Source: Candidatus Scatovivens sp. (GTDB lineage: Bacteria > Bacillota > Clostridia > TANB77 > CAG-508). Taken from it: a stretch of DNA of 64,000 nucleotides. Below the pieces are notes generated by a model that saw only the letters and a list, made by a program, of their open reading frames with translations, made no database searches and was not told where the DNA came from. This document shows positions 19,817-30,065 of this stretch, piece after piece. The position numbers and the translations under genes are program-made. Within the stretch, counting starts at the first letter, position 1, and every line of letters starts with the position of its first letter. The stretch is from NCBI GenBank assembly GCA_045646345.1, contig JAZRKN010000001.1, positions 224,001-288,000 of the forward strand. The letters run 5' to 3'.

Positions 19817-22324
19817 TTATTCTTCTGTTTCAGCCTCTACTGGTGGCTGTGCCATTTTTAATTCATTCCATCTTTCCATTGTAATCAATGCTCTTCTTGG
19901 TTTACTTCCTTCATAACCAGAAATAATTCCTCTAGCCTCCATTTGGTCAATTATTCTTCCTGCTCTTGCATATCCTACTTTAAATCTTCTTTGAATAAAC
20001 GACGTTGAAGCTTGACCTGTCTCTACAGCTAATTCTATTGCATCCATTAAAAATGGATCCATATCATCTTCTTCAGCTTCTTGCTCTTTTTGTCCATCAG
20101 ATTTATTTGATTTTTCAATTTCTTCTAATATATCTTCATTATATGTTGCAACACCATTTGATTTAACAAAATCAACAACTTTTTCTACTTCTCCATCAGA
20201 TACAAATGCCCCTTGAACTCTAACTGGTTTAGATGCACTTGCTGGATAATAAAGCATATCACCTTTTCCTAAAAGTTTTTCAGCTCCTACTTGGTCTAGA
20301 ATTGTTCTTGAGTCAATTTGTGAAGAAACAGCAAACGCAATTCTTGAAGGAACATTTGCTTTAATCAAACCAGTAATAACATCTACAGATGGTCTTTGTG
20401 TAGCTATTACTAAGTGCATTCCAGCAGCTCTAGCTTTTTGAGCTAATCTACAAATAGAATCCTCAACTTCTTTGGCTGCAACCATCATTAAGTCAGCAAG
20501 CTCGTCTATAATAATTACTATTTGTGGTAATTTTCCTAGTGAATTCTCATCTTTTTCAACAACAGCATTATATCCTTTTAAATCTCTAACACCTTTTTCT
20601 GCAAATAAATTGTATCTATGATCCATCTCTTGAACTGCCCATGCTAATGCACCAGCTGCTTTTCTTGGATCTGTTACTACAGGAATTAAAAGATGTGGTA
20701 TTCCATTATATACAGATAATTCTACTACTTTAGGATCAACCATTACCATCTTTACTTCGCTTGGTTTTGCATTATAAATAATACTTGTTATTATTGTATT
20801 AATACAAACTGATTTACCAGAACCTGTAGAACCAGCTATTAAAACGTGAGGCATTTTTGCAATATCTGCTAAAACAATATTTCCTGCTACGTCTTTTCCT
20901 AAAGCTACTGTTAATTTTGATTTATTATCTTCAAATTCTTCACTTTCAATAACATCACGAAGTGGAACTGATTCTTTTTCTTTATTTGGAATCTCAATAC
21001 CTACAGCTTGTTTCCCTGGTATTGGAGCTTCAATTCTTATACTTTCTGCTGCTAAGTTTAATGCAATATCGTCAGAAAGATTTGCTATTTTACTTACTCT
21101 AACACCTTCAGCTGGTTTAAGTTCATATCTTGTTATAGCTGGTCCAACAGAAATATTTTCAACTTTTGCAGATACACCAAAACTATGTAACGTTCTTTGT
21201 AATTGTGTCGCTTTTTCTGTTAAAGCTTTTGCTCCTGCTTTATTTGCTTTTTTTGCATTTCTTCCTAGAATACTAATTGGTGGATATTCATAGTTTTCTT
21301 CTTCAGCTTCTACTGCTTGAGTATGTGTTAAATTCAAAACAGCTTTTGTATTTTCTTCTTTATGTTCTTTTTCTATTGTGAACATTCCATCATCTTTAAT
21401 ACAAGATTGTTTATTAGCTTGTACCTCATTAGCTTTTGCTGTATTTTTATAAATGTTTGCATCTATAACATCTGGATTACTGTCTTGCTCATCATTTCTT
21501 TTGAATTTACTAAATAATCCGTTTTTTCCTTTTTCTTCTTCAATTCCTATATTTTGTTTTTCACCATTTAAATTGATTGTAATTTCATCTTCATTAATAC
21601 TTGATGAAGCTGCATTTTTATTTCTTTTTCCGCCCAAATCCATTTCCATCTGTCCAACATCATTAAAGTTTTTAAGTTTTTGTTCTTTTCTTACCATTCT
21701 TTGTTCACGTCTTTGGTTTAAAGCTTCATCTCTTTCTTCTCTTCTTGCATTCATTTCATCCATGATATCTAACATTAATTCTGATGGGTGAAGACCAAAT
21801 GTAAATACACAAAGAACAGCCACTATACCTGCAGTAGTAATAGCAGCTCCGAACATTCCTAATAATTTAATTAATGGATAAGCAATTACAGCGCCAACAG
21901 TTCCACCACCAATATTTTTAACACCTAAATCGTATGAAACTTCTATAATATCAGTAAATTCCAAATCAATATTAATAATCCCTTTTGAAATTTGATATAT
22001 CGACATAGTTGCTGCAACACATGACAGTAATACCGCATATTGAACAAGTTTTGATGCAATATATCCTCTATCATCTTTAGCAATACACACAGCCAATGCC
22101 ATAAAACCTATAGGAATTAAATATTTGATAAAACCTATTATTCCACCTAATGCAGGACTTAAAATTTCACCTATTGCTCCTTTTTCTCCATATATTAAAA
22201 CAAATAATAATATACTAACAATAAATAATACTATTACCGCTAAATCTATATTAATACCTGTTTTTTTTCTTGAACTATTTCCTTTATTTTTTCCATTATT
22301 TGTCTTTTTTCTTTTTCTTCCCAA
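19817..22324 (-). CDS. ftsK: FtsK/SpoIIIE DNA translocase
   Basis: N-terminal TM helices, AGSTGSGKS, DELADLM, ATQRPS, gamma domain QRRFKVGYARA. Confidence 0.97.
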   Translation of the reverse strand: MGRKRKKTNNGKNKGNSSRKKTGINIDLAVIVLFIVSILLFVLIYGEKGAIGEILSPALGGIIGFIKYLIPIGFMALAVCIAKDDRGYIASKLVQYAVLLSCVAATMSIYQISKGIINIDLEFTDIIEVSYDLGVKNIGGGTVGAVIAYPLIKLLGMFGAAITTAGIVAVLCVFTFGLHPSELMLDIMDEMNARREERDEALNQRREQRMVRKEQKLKNFNDVGQMEMDLGGKRNKNAASSSINEDEITINLNGEKQNIGIEEEKGKNGLFSKFKRNDEQDSNPDVIDANIYKNTAKANEVQANKQSCIKDDGMFTIEKEHKEENTKAVLNLTHTQAVEAEEENYEYPPISILGRNAKKANKAGAKALTEKATQLQRTLHSFGVSAKVENISVGPAITRYELKPAEGVRVSKIANLSDDIALNLAAESIRIEAPIPGKQAVGIEIPNKEKESVPLRDVIESEEFEDNKSKLTVALGKDVAGNIVLADIAKMPHVLIAGSTGSGKSVCINTIITSIIYNAKPSEVKMVMVDPKVVELSVYNGIPHLLIPVVTDPRKAAGALAWAVQEMDHRYNLFAEKGVRDLKGYNAVVEKDENSLGKLPQIVIIIDELADLMMVAAKEVEDSICRLAQKARAAGMHLVIATQRPSVDVITGLIKANVPSRIAFAVSSQIDSRTILDQVGAEKLLGKGDMLYYPASASKPVRVQGAFVSDGEVEKVVDFVKSNGVATYNEDILEEIEKSNKSDGQKEQEAEEDDMDPFLMDAIELAVETGQASTSFIQRRFKVGYARAGRIIDQMEARGIISGYEGSKPRRALITMERWNELKMAQPPVEAETEE

Positions 22325-22387
22325 GTTTACATCCTCCTAAAAAGATACTACTTTACATAGTATATCTTAAGTTTATTTGCAAGCTTT

Positions 22388-22442
22388 AAAAAGCCAGAAT
22401 CAGAATCAATAATTTGTTTAATTGATTTTGATTCTGGCTTTT
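22388..22442 (-). terminator. Long hairpin terminator
   Basis: AAAAGCCAGAATCAGAATCAAT...ATTGATTTTGATTCTGGCTTTT. Confidence 0.7.
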
Positions 22443-22444
22443 AT

Positions 22445-22924
22445 TTATTTAAGCTCTTTTCTATTATTTTGAATTGTTTCTAAAGCGTTTTGAATTGACA
22501 TCTCAACTCCACTTAAAGTTTTGCCAAGTTCTAACATATTATTTTCAATATTTGCTAATATTCCATCAACATATGTAGTTGTTCCTTGAGTAATTTCTCT
22601 ATACATTTCATTTGCATCAGCTATAATTTCAGTTTTCTTATCATATGCTTTTCTTGTTATTTCATGTTCATCAATCATAGATATTATTCTATTTTCTGCT
22701 TCTTTAACTATATCATCAGCATCTTTTTGTGCTTCATTTATAATTCTTTCACGTTCTTCTTTTATCCATTTTGCTTGTTTCAATTCATCTGGTAATTTTA
22801 AACGTATTTCTTTTATTATATCTAAAAACTGTTCTTTTTCTATGATACTTTTGTCAGTAAATGGTAGTGATCTACTTTTTTCTAAAATATCCTCTAATGT
22901 TTCTAGTAATGTAAAGATTTCCAT
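22445..22924 (-). CDS. Conserved coiled-coil protein of the family usually found downstream of rsmD-coaD
   Basis: IRLKLPDELKQAKWIKEERERII...DEHEIT. Confidence 0.85.
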   Translation of the reverse strand: MEIFTLLETLEDILEKSRSLPFTDKSIIEKEQFLDIIKEIRLKLPDELKQAKWIKEERERIINEAQKDADDIVKEAENRIISMIDEHEITRKAYDKKTEIIADANEMYREITQGTTTYVDGILANIENNMLELGKTLSGVEMSIQNALETIQNNRKELK

Positions 22925-22997
22925 TATTTAATCTTCCTTTCTTGAGGTACAAAACGTATCTTTTGTTTACATTTTAATCTCTTATTATTCCTATTTG

Positions 22998-23561
22998 TTA
23001 TACTTTTTTTGAATACAAAAATAGGAGATATACTCTTCCGTATTTTTTTATATCATTTATCTCAAGTAATTCTGTATCTAAGTTTTTGATTACTCTTTCC
23101 TTATCATCTGTTTCTAAAATTATTAATCCATCTTCTTTTAAAAGATTTTCATTAATAATTATATGGGCTGCATTTTCAGCGAAATCAGTTTTATAAGGCG
23201 GATCTAAAAATACAATATCGAATTTTATGTTTTTATTTTTTAATTCTTCCAAAGCTTTTTTATAATCACAATTTAGTAATACTGTTTTTTCTTTAGTTTT
23301 TGTCTTTTCTATATTTTGGTTAATTATTTTTATAGCATCTCTTGATTGGTCGCATAAAAAGATTTTTTCAGCGCCTCTACTTAAAGACTCTAATCCTAAA
23401 GCACCACTTCCAGCAAACAAATCTAGTACAATTGAATCTGGTAAAATGTAATTAATTTTACTGAAAAGTGCTTCTTTTACTCTGTCTAAAGTGGGTCTAG
23501 TATTTTCACCTTCTAGAGTAAATAGTTTAGTACCTCTCATAGTTCCACTTATAATCCTCAT
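22998..23561 (-). CDS. rsmD: 16S rRNA (guanine966-N2)-methyltransferase
   Basis: MRIISG, TRPTLDRVKEALF, LDLFAGSG, DPPY. Confidence 0.96.
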   Translation of the reverse strand: MRIISGTMRGTKLFTLEGENTRPTLDRVKEALFSKINYILPDSIVLDLFAGSGALGLESLSRGAEKIFLCDQSRDAIKIINQNIEKTKTKEKTVLLNCDYKKALEELKNKNIKFDIVFLDPPYKTDFAENAAHIIINENLLKEDGLIILETDDKERVIKNLDTELLEINDIKKYGRVYLLFLYSKKV

Positions 23562-23721
23562 ACGACTCCTATAATACTTATACTATATATAACTATTTTA
23601 TTCTAAAAATCTTATAAGTCAATAAGATTAACAAAAATGTAATACAGACTTAATTCTTTTGTAATAGAATGTCACAAACAAAAAAAGCCTTTGTTCAAAG
23701 GCTTTTTTATATCATTTTATA

Positions 23722-24171
23722 TTATTCTTCAGACTCTTTATCTTGTAATAATTCTAATTGTGAAATTAGTAAAGCTTCCATTTTTGCTTTATAAACACTG
23801 AATTGTCTTTTTAATTCTTCAGTTCTTCTTCTAATTTCAAATTCTTCTTTTGTTATTTCCTCTGTTGCTTTTCTCGCTTCACTTTGAGCATCTCTTATAA
23901 TTTGTTCTGCTCTTGATTGAGCGTTCATTTTGATATCTTCTGCTGTCGTTTGAGCCATAACCAAAGTATTTTGTAATGTTCTTTCTACATTTCTATAATG
24001 TTCTAAATCCCTCTTACTCTCCTCAATTTGAGCTCTTAATTCAGCATTTTCTTTATATAATCTTTCATAGTCTATAGTAAGTTCATCAAGGAATGCATCT
24101 ACTTCTGCATCATCATATCCTTTGAATTTTGTAGGAAATTTTTTATTTTCAATATCTAAAGGTGTAAGCAT
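23722..24171 (-). CDS. divIVA: DivIVA domain protein
   Basis: MLTPLDIENKKF...GYD..EVD.FLD plus coiled coil. Confidence 0.93.
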   Translation of the reverse strand: MLTPLDIENKKFPTKFKGYDDAEVDAFLDELTIDYERLYKENAELRAQIEESKRDLEHYRNVERTLQNTLVMAQTTAEDIKMNAQSRAEQIIRDAQSEARKATEEITKEEFEIRRRTEELKRQFSVYKAKMEALLISQLELLQDKESEE

Positions 24172-24193
24172 AGTTTTCCCTCCTAATTATTTG

Positions 24194-24673
24194 TTATTTT
24201 ATCCATGAAGCAGAAAATTTGCTTTCGATTTTCTCTTTAGTAATTTCGTTAACAATATCATAGTTATATGGAGCTACAACAAATATAGAATTAGATACTT
24301 TTTCCATATTTCCATCTAATGCTTTTACTGCACCACAAACAACATCTACAATTCTTCTAGCAACATCTTTGCTAACGTATTCTAGATTTATAACAACCGC
24401 ATTTTTTTCTTTTAATTGCATAACAATTTCATCAGCTTGATCAAAATTTGTTGGTTTTGCTATTTTCATTCTTATTTGTTGTGGTTGAGGCATTGATACC
24501 ACTTTACTCTTTGGTTTAAATATATTAAATGATTCTCTTTCAGCTTCTTCTTCGCCTTCATAATCATCTACATAATCAGCATTATATACATTCTCATCGT
24601 ATTCTTCTTGAGAATCCTCTTGTTCTCCCCATATAAAATCAACTATTTTCTTTATTGATGATGTTCCTGCCAT
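24194..24673 (-). CDS. sepF: Cell division protein SepF
   Basis: VVINLE...ARRIVD...GAVKALDG...IFVVAP. Confidence 0.93.
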   Translation of the reverse strand: MAGTSSIKKIVDFIWGEQEDSQEEYDENVYNADYVDDYEGEEEAERESFNIFKPKSKVVSMPQPQQIRMKIAKPTNFDQADEIVMQLKEKNAVVINLEYVSKDVARRIVDVVCGAVKALDGNMEKVSNSIFVVAPYNYDIVNEITKEKIESKFSASWIK

Positions 24674-24860
24674 TTTTTCTACAGACCTCCTAAAATTTTC
24701 TTTTCATTCGTAGCTTAATATGTATATAGTATCTAACTATTTATAAATATTGTCAAGCGTTTTTAAGTAAAATACACAAATGTTATATAAAAGTAATTTT
24801 GCTGTAATTTTCTGTTAATTTTTTGTTATGCTTTGTAATTTTTTTGTAACTTTTTAATGA

Positions 24861-26096
24861 CTAATACGATAAAATTTCATCATATAGTTTTAATTTTCCC
24901 ATCTCTGAAATTTCATCTTCTGTATATCCTAATTCTCTCAATTCACTATCTTCATATCTAATTACAATTGAATACGCTTCATTTTGTCTCAATACTTTTA
25001 TTGGAACTTTTTCTTTGTATCCGATCTTATTTTTTTCGATATATGATATTTCATTATCTCCTTTTGTCTCTTCTAATATACATCCATTACTTATTTTCAA
25101 TCCTGTATATTTCCACCATATAATATCAAATGATATTTTTCTATATTCTAATAATTCTGCAATTTTTTCTTCTATTTTAAATACCAAAATTCTATTATTT
25201 TCTTCTTCTTTTATATACACTATTTCTGCTTCAAGTTCTTCAGATGTTGATAATCTTATTGTAACTTTATCTCCTACTTTTGAATTTAAAGCTTTTTCTG
25301 TATTAATTGAAGTTGCAATAAAACATTCAAAATTATCTACTATTTTTCCTTTTTCATTATTAAGTGGAGTGCTAGCACCTACATTCAACTCAAAGCTATT
25401 TAAAAGTTCTGTAGTTAAATAATCAAAATTATCTACTTTTAATACATCTTCCAAACCATCAATTCTATAAGATGCTATTCCTGAATTTGGTGCATGTATT
25501 ATTTCAGATTCTTGTTCTAACTGTTTTTCTAAAACATCTCTTTGATTTGTCAATGTTTTTATATATGAATCTTCTGGACTTAATGCTCCAGTTATTTTAG
25601 CCTTCTTAGATATATATGCTTCAATTTTATTTTTATTCTCTTGAATTTGTTGTAAATAATTAACATTGTGAATTGAATCTAGAGAATCTTCAATTTGAGA
25701 ATTCAAACTTGGTATATCACTTGATACAATATTGATACCACTATTTGCAATTATTTCATTTATTTCTTCATCTAACTTATCAATTTGTTTGGTAATAGTT
25801 TCTTCGCTACTTGAATAGTATCTAAAAACAATTTGTGATTTCGCAGCTCTTTCACCATCAGAAAGAACCTTTATCATTCCATTCTTGTAGTTTTCTCCCT
25901 GTAACACAACTTCCTCTCTAAGTAAATAACCTTCTGCAGGTTCCTCTGAATAAAGAGAACCATTTGTAACTACAACAACCTCATTAGAATTTTTCAAAAT
26001 CTTTGTACTATTTGTTACTAAATAAATAATAAACAACATACAAACGGCTGTTATCAATATTCTTTTTATACCAGCTTTTCTTCCCGTATCTTTCAC
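24861..26096 (-). CDS. HlyD-like periplasmic adaptor family protein typical of the clostridial sepF locus
   Basis: N-terminal TM, G...R.E, APNSGIASYRIDGLE, KIVDNF. Confidence 0.75.
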   Translation of the reverse strand: MKDTGRKAGIKRILITAVCMLFIIYLVTNSTKILKNSNEVVVVTNGSLYSEEPAEGYLLREEVVLQGENYKNGMIKVLSDGERAAKSQIVFRYYSSSEETITKQIDKLDEEINEIIANSGINIVSSDIPSLNSQIEDSLDSIHNVNYLQQIQENKNKIEAYISKKAKITGALSPEDSYIKTLTNQRDVLEKQLEQESEIIHAPNSGIASYRIDGLEDVLKVDNFDYLTTELLNSFELNVGASTPLNNEKGKIVDNFECFIATSINTEKALNSKVGDKVTIRLSTSEELEAEIVYIKEEENNRILVFKIEEKIAELLEYRKISFDIIWWKYTGLKISNGCILEETKGDNEISYIEKNKIGYKEKVPIKVLRQNEAYSIVIRYEDSELRELGYTEDEISEMGKLKLYDEILSY

Positions 26097-27013
26097 TATA
26101 ACTCCTCTAAAATAATATTAACATTATCTTTCATATCATTTTGACTATCTAACCATATAGTTTCTTTATTTTTTCTAAACCAAGTAAGTTGACGTTTTGC
26201 ATATCTTCTTGATTCTTGTTTTATTTTTTCAATCATTTCTTCTCGAGTTAAAATTCCATCAAAGTATTCTACAACTTCTTTATATCCTAGTCCTTGCATT
26301 GCTGTTGGAAATTCATTATATTTTTCTAACAAATTTCTTACTTCAGCTTCTAAACCTTTTTCTATCATAATATCTACTCTAAGATTTATTCTATTATAAA
26401 GTTTTTCTCTATCCATTGTAATTCCAAAAACTTTATAATCATATTTAACTCCATTTTGTCTTGATAAAATTTCTTGTTCAGTTTTATTTTTACCAGTTGC
26501 TTTATAAATTTCTAAGACTCTTACAATTCTTTTTTTATCGTTTTTACTAATTTTAGTCATAGCTTCTGGATCAATTCTATTTGCCTCATCCCAAAGGATT
26601 TTTAATCCTTCTTCTGATTCAGCTTTTTCCATAAGTTCGTTTCTATATTCTTCATCAAAATTCATATCTTGATATTCAATACCATATATTAACGAATTCA
26701 CATACAATCCAGTTCCTCCAACTACAATCGGAGTTTTGCCTTTTTCTAAAATTTCTTTTATCGCATTTTCAGCATCTCTTTTAAAATCTGAGACAGTGTA
26801 TCTCTCATCTGGAGATACACAATCTACTAAATAATGTTTTATACCTTCAGCTTCTTCTTTTGTAACTTTAGCAGTACCTATATCCATATCTTTATAAATT
26901 TGCATTGAATCTGATGAAATAATTTCTCCATCTATTTTTTTTGCAAGCTCTATTGATAGTGCCGTTTTACCTGACGCTGTTGGTCCTACTATAACTACAA
27001 CTTTAGGTTTCAT
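26096..27013 (-). CDS. miaA: tRNA dimethylallyltransferase
   Basis: GPTASGKT, DSMQIY, VGGTGLY, RRYAKRQLTWF. Confidence 0.98.
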   Translation of the reverse strand: MKPKVVVIVGPTASGKTALSIELAKKIDGEIISSDSMQIYKDMDIGTAKVTKEEAEGIKHYLVDCVSPDERYTVSDFKRDAENAIKEILEKGKTPIVVGGTGLYVNSLIYGIEYQDMNFDEEYRNELMEKAESEEGLKILWDEANRIDPEAMTKISKNDKKRIVRVLEIYKATGKNKTEQEILSRQNGVKYDYKVFGITMDREKLYNRINLRVDIMIEKGLEAEVRNLLEKYNEFPTAMQGLGYKEVVEYFDGILTREEMIEKIKQESRRYAKRQLTWFRKNKETIWLDSQNDMKDNVNIILEEL

Positions 27014-27016
27014 TTT

Positions 27017-29557
27017 TTATCTCCTACTAAATTTTTTCTCTAAATCAGTTTTTGTCATTTTTATTGCTGTTGGTCTTCCATGTGGACAAGTAAATGGATT
27101 TGGAAGTTCTAAAAGTTGAGCCATTAAAATAGCAACTTCTTGGTCATCCAATTTCATTTTCGCTTTTACTGCAGCTTTACATGCAATTGTCGCAATAAAT
27201 TTATCTTCTTTTTCTTGTCTAGCTGTAACAGCAACAGTATCAATTTCATCTAATATGTCTAAGAATAATTGTTTCGTATTCATATCCTCACACATACTAG
27301 GAACTGACATTAATTTTATTGTGTTTTCGCCAAACTCTTCAAAAGAGAATCCAGCTCTATTAAACATATTAACATTTTCTTTTGCTATTATCATTTCTTT
27401 ATGTGTTAATGATATAACATCTGGTAAAAGTAAAAATTGCTCATCTCTTTCACCTTCATCATAATAATTAGCTTTTACTTTTTCATACATAATTCTTTCA
27501 TGAGCCGCATGTTGATCAATAATATACATTTCATTTTTAATTTCTACTATTATATATGTAGAAAAAGCGATACCTAAAAATTTATATGGTATTTCTGGAC
27601 ATTCTTCTGGTTGATTTTCAAAAACACTTTCATTTTCTGTTGCATAAGAAAAATCATTAGTAGCATTAAGCTTTTCTTTTTGTAAATTTTCTAATTCTTT
27701 TTCTTTTCTTACATTAAATGGATCTATTCCAAATGTCTTTTTATACATCTCATCAAATTCTGGGTTTTCTTCATATTCAACAACAGGTGTTTTTTCTTCA
27801 ACCACTTGGTTTGCTTCTTTTAAAGCTTCTCTCACCTTATTTGTATCAATCATTTGTGTATTATCAAAATTTAATTTTGCTTCAACCAATTTTTCTGCAA
27901 TTGATGCAAATCCTGTTATTTCTTTTTCTTCAGCTACATTTAATTCTGGCACAGTATTATCTATAATAACAGTATTTTGAGCCATATTTAAATTCAAACC
28001 TTCTTCTGGTGCAATTACAGTTTCTTGTTTTAATTTTTCTTCTTCTAAATCTATTATTTGAGTTTTGTCAAAAGATTCTTCATCATATTTCACATCTGAA
28101 GTATTTATAATTTGTGTTAATTGTTTTTCAGTAAATTTTGTTGATAACATTTCTGTTGTAGCATCTTTTATAAATTCATTTACTACATTCACATCAATCT
28201 CTTTTGTATCACTTGAAATTACAGTATCTCCAAAACTCACTCTCTTATCTACAACATCATCATTTATTGTTTTGATACTTTCTGTATCATATTTTGAATT
28301 TGTTTCAGAAACATATGATGGTGTTTCAATATTTATTTTATTTTCAAAACTATTAATAGTATTGGCAACTCCAGCTTCGAATCCATTGTTATTTTGTAAT
28401 TCTTGTCTATATTTAAAAATATCAGCTAATGTATTATTATTTAATTCTTCATCAGTTTCATCTGGTTCTTTTATAATTTTTTGGAATAAACCTGAAAAAA
28501 CATTTGATTTTTCTTCTTTAGAATCTAATGAATATTCTTTACCTTCATTTTCAACATTTTCAACCAATTCTGATTTTGCCAAACTTGATTTAATAGCATG
28601 ATATACAGCTTTAAATACTTTTGACTCTTCTTCAAATCTAACTTCTAATTTTGCTGGATGAACGTTAACATCAACAAGTTTTGGATCCATATCTAAGTTT
28701 AATACTATAAATCCATATCTTCCTATTGGAATCATACCTTTGTAAGCTTGATCAGCTGCAGCTGTTAAATTTTTATCTTTAATATATCTTCCATTTAAGA
28801 AGAATAATTGATTTGCTCTATTTCCTCTTGCTATAACCGGTTTTCCTATAACTCCGCTTATTCTTATATCTTCATAATTATAATCAATTTCAATTATTTC
28901 TGTAGCTACATCTTTTCCATAAATACTATATATAACAGTTTTCAAATCACCATTTCCATTTGTTTGAACTATAGTTTTTCCATTACTAATTAATTTAAAA
29001 GCTATATCTTTATTTACAAGAGCAATTCTTGTAACAACATCTTCAATATATCCAGCTTCTGTATAATCTTTTTTCAAGAATTTGTATCTAACTGGTGTAT
29101 TATAGAATAAATTTTGTACAGTAATTGTTGTTCCCACATTTCTAGCAGCTTCAGAAAATTCTAATATTTTTCCACCTTCTACTACTATCTTGTGAGCAAC
29201 ATCTGTATTTACTTTCTTTGAAATCATTTCAACTTTTGCAATTGCAGCAATACTTGCTAAAGCTTCACCTCTAAACCCCATTGATTTAACTGTTTCTAAA
29301 TCTTCAGCTCTTCTTATCTTACTTGTTGCATGTCGTTCAAATGCAATTTCCATATCATCTTCTGCAATTCCGTGTCCATCATCAGTAATTTTAATTAAAG
29401 AAATTCCACCGTTTTTTATTTCAACAGTTATGTTTTTTGCTCCAGCATCTATTGAATTTTCTACCATTTCTTTTACAACAGAAGCAGGTCTTTCTATAAC
29501 CTCTCCAGCAGCAATTTTATTGATAGTTAAATCATCCAATAACACTATATTTCCCAT
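27017..29557 (-). CDS. mutL: DNA mismatch repair endonuclease MutL with long linker
   Basis: IAAGEVIERPASVVKE, GFRGEAL, DQHAAHER, ACK, CPHGRP; start moved to the ATG with AGGAG RBS. Confidence 0.97.
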   Translation of the reverse strand: MGNIVLLDDLTINKIAAGEVIERPASVVKEMVENSIDAGAKNITVEIKNGGISLIKITDDGHGIAEDDMEIAFERHATSKIRRAEDLETVKSMGFRGEALASIAAIAKVEMISKKVNTDVAHKIVVEGGKILEFSEAARNVGTTITVQNLFYNTPVRYKFLKKDYTEAGYIEDVVTRIALVNKDIAFKLISNGKTIVQTNGNGDLKTVIYSIYGKDVATEIIEIDYNYEDIRISGVIGKPVIARGNRANQLFFLNGRYIKDKNLTAAADQAYKGMIPIGRYGFIVLNLDMDPKLVDVNVHPAKLEVRFEEESKVFKAVYHAIKSSLAKSELVENVENEGKEYSLDSKEEKSNVFSGLFQKIIKEPDETDEELNNNTLADIFKYRQELQNNNGFEAGVANTINSFENKINIETPSYVSETNSKYDTESIKTINDDVVDKRVSFGDTVISSDTKEIDVNVVNEFIKDATTEMLSTKFTEKQLTQIINTSDVKYDEESFDKTQIIDLEEEKLKQETVIAPEEGLNLNMAQNTVIIDNTVPELNVAEEKEITGFASIAEKLVEAKLNFDNTQMIDTNKVREALKEANQVVEEKTPVVEYEENPEFDEMYKKTFGIDPFNVRKEKELENLQKEKLNATNDFSYATENESVFENQPEECPEIPYKFLGIAFSTYIIVEIKNEMYIIDQHAAHERIMYEKVKANYYDEGERDEQFLLLPDVISLTHKEMIIAKENVNMFNRAGFSFEEFGENTIKLMSVPSMCEDMNTKQLFLDILDEIDTVAVTARQEKEDKFIATIACKAAVKAKMKLDDQEVAILMAQLLELPNPFTCPHGRPTAIKMTKTDLEKKFSRR

Positions 29558-29740
29558 CTTTAATCTCCTTTTCTTAAGCACTTTTCAAGCATCTATATAA
29601 GTTTACTTATGTCATCATATCATATTTTTAAGAAATTATATCATTAAATTTATTTTTTGTATACTTTTTTAAAATATATTTTTTCTTCATTTTTTATTAA
29701 TAATTACTCCAAAAAATAACTCTTTTTTTCTAAGCTTAGT

Positions 29741-29768
29741 AACACTTATTTTTAAAATTCATAAGATA
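29741..29768 (+). promoter_or_regulatory. Sigma-K-like sporulation promoter
   Basis: ACA-15 nt-CATAAGATA upstream of the Cys-rich small ORF. Confidence 0.5.
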
Positions 29769-29817
29769 TAACATACAAAAGATTTAAAAAAAAATATATT
29801 TTAAGGAGGATATTGTT

Positions 29818-29946
29818 ATGCCTGAAAACAGAGGTTGTGGATGTGGATTATTTGGAGGAGATAATGATTGTCTTTGGATTATAATCCTTTTAATTATACT
29901 TTTCTGCTGTTGTGGAAATAACGGTGGCGGCAGAGGTTGCTGCTAA
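29818..29946 (+). CDS. Unannotated 42-aa Cys/Gly-rich hydrophobic peptide, probably spore-associated
   Basis: AAGGAGG RBS; MPENRGCGCGLFGGDNDCLWIIILLIILFCCCGNNGGGRGCC; own terminator. Confidence 0.85.
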   Translation: MPENRGCGCGLFGGDNDCLWIIILLIILFCCCGNNGGGRGCC

Positions 29947-29950
29947 AATT

Positions 29951-29976
29951 AAGAGCGCTTTTCAAGCGCTCTTTTT
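29951..29976 (+). terminator. Intrinsic terminator after the Cys-rich peptide
   Basis: AAGAGCGCTT-TTC-AAGCGCTCTT followed by T run. Confidence 0.8.
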
Positions 29977-30065
29977 ATAAAAAAATAAAACCTCCGATAT
30001 TTTCTTTTCAAAAAATATCAGAGGAGAAAAGCAAATTACCCTTTGCTTCTTTTCAAGAAAGTCAC

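Noticed and set aside
28065-28601. 178-aa plus-strand ORF inside mutL
   Set aside because: Antisense shadow of the low-complexity linker, with no RBS
29818-29946. Cys-rich peptide as a RiPP (ranthipeptide/sactipeptide) precursor
   Set aside because: No radical SAM enzyme, peptidase or exporter nearby; monocistronic with a hydrophobic core
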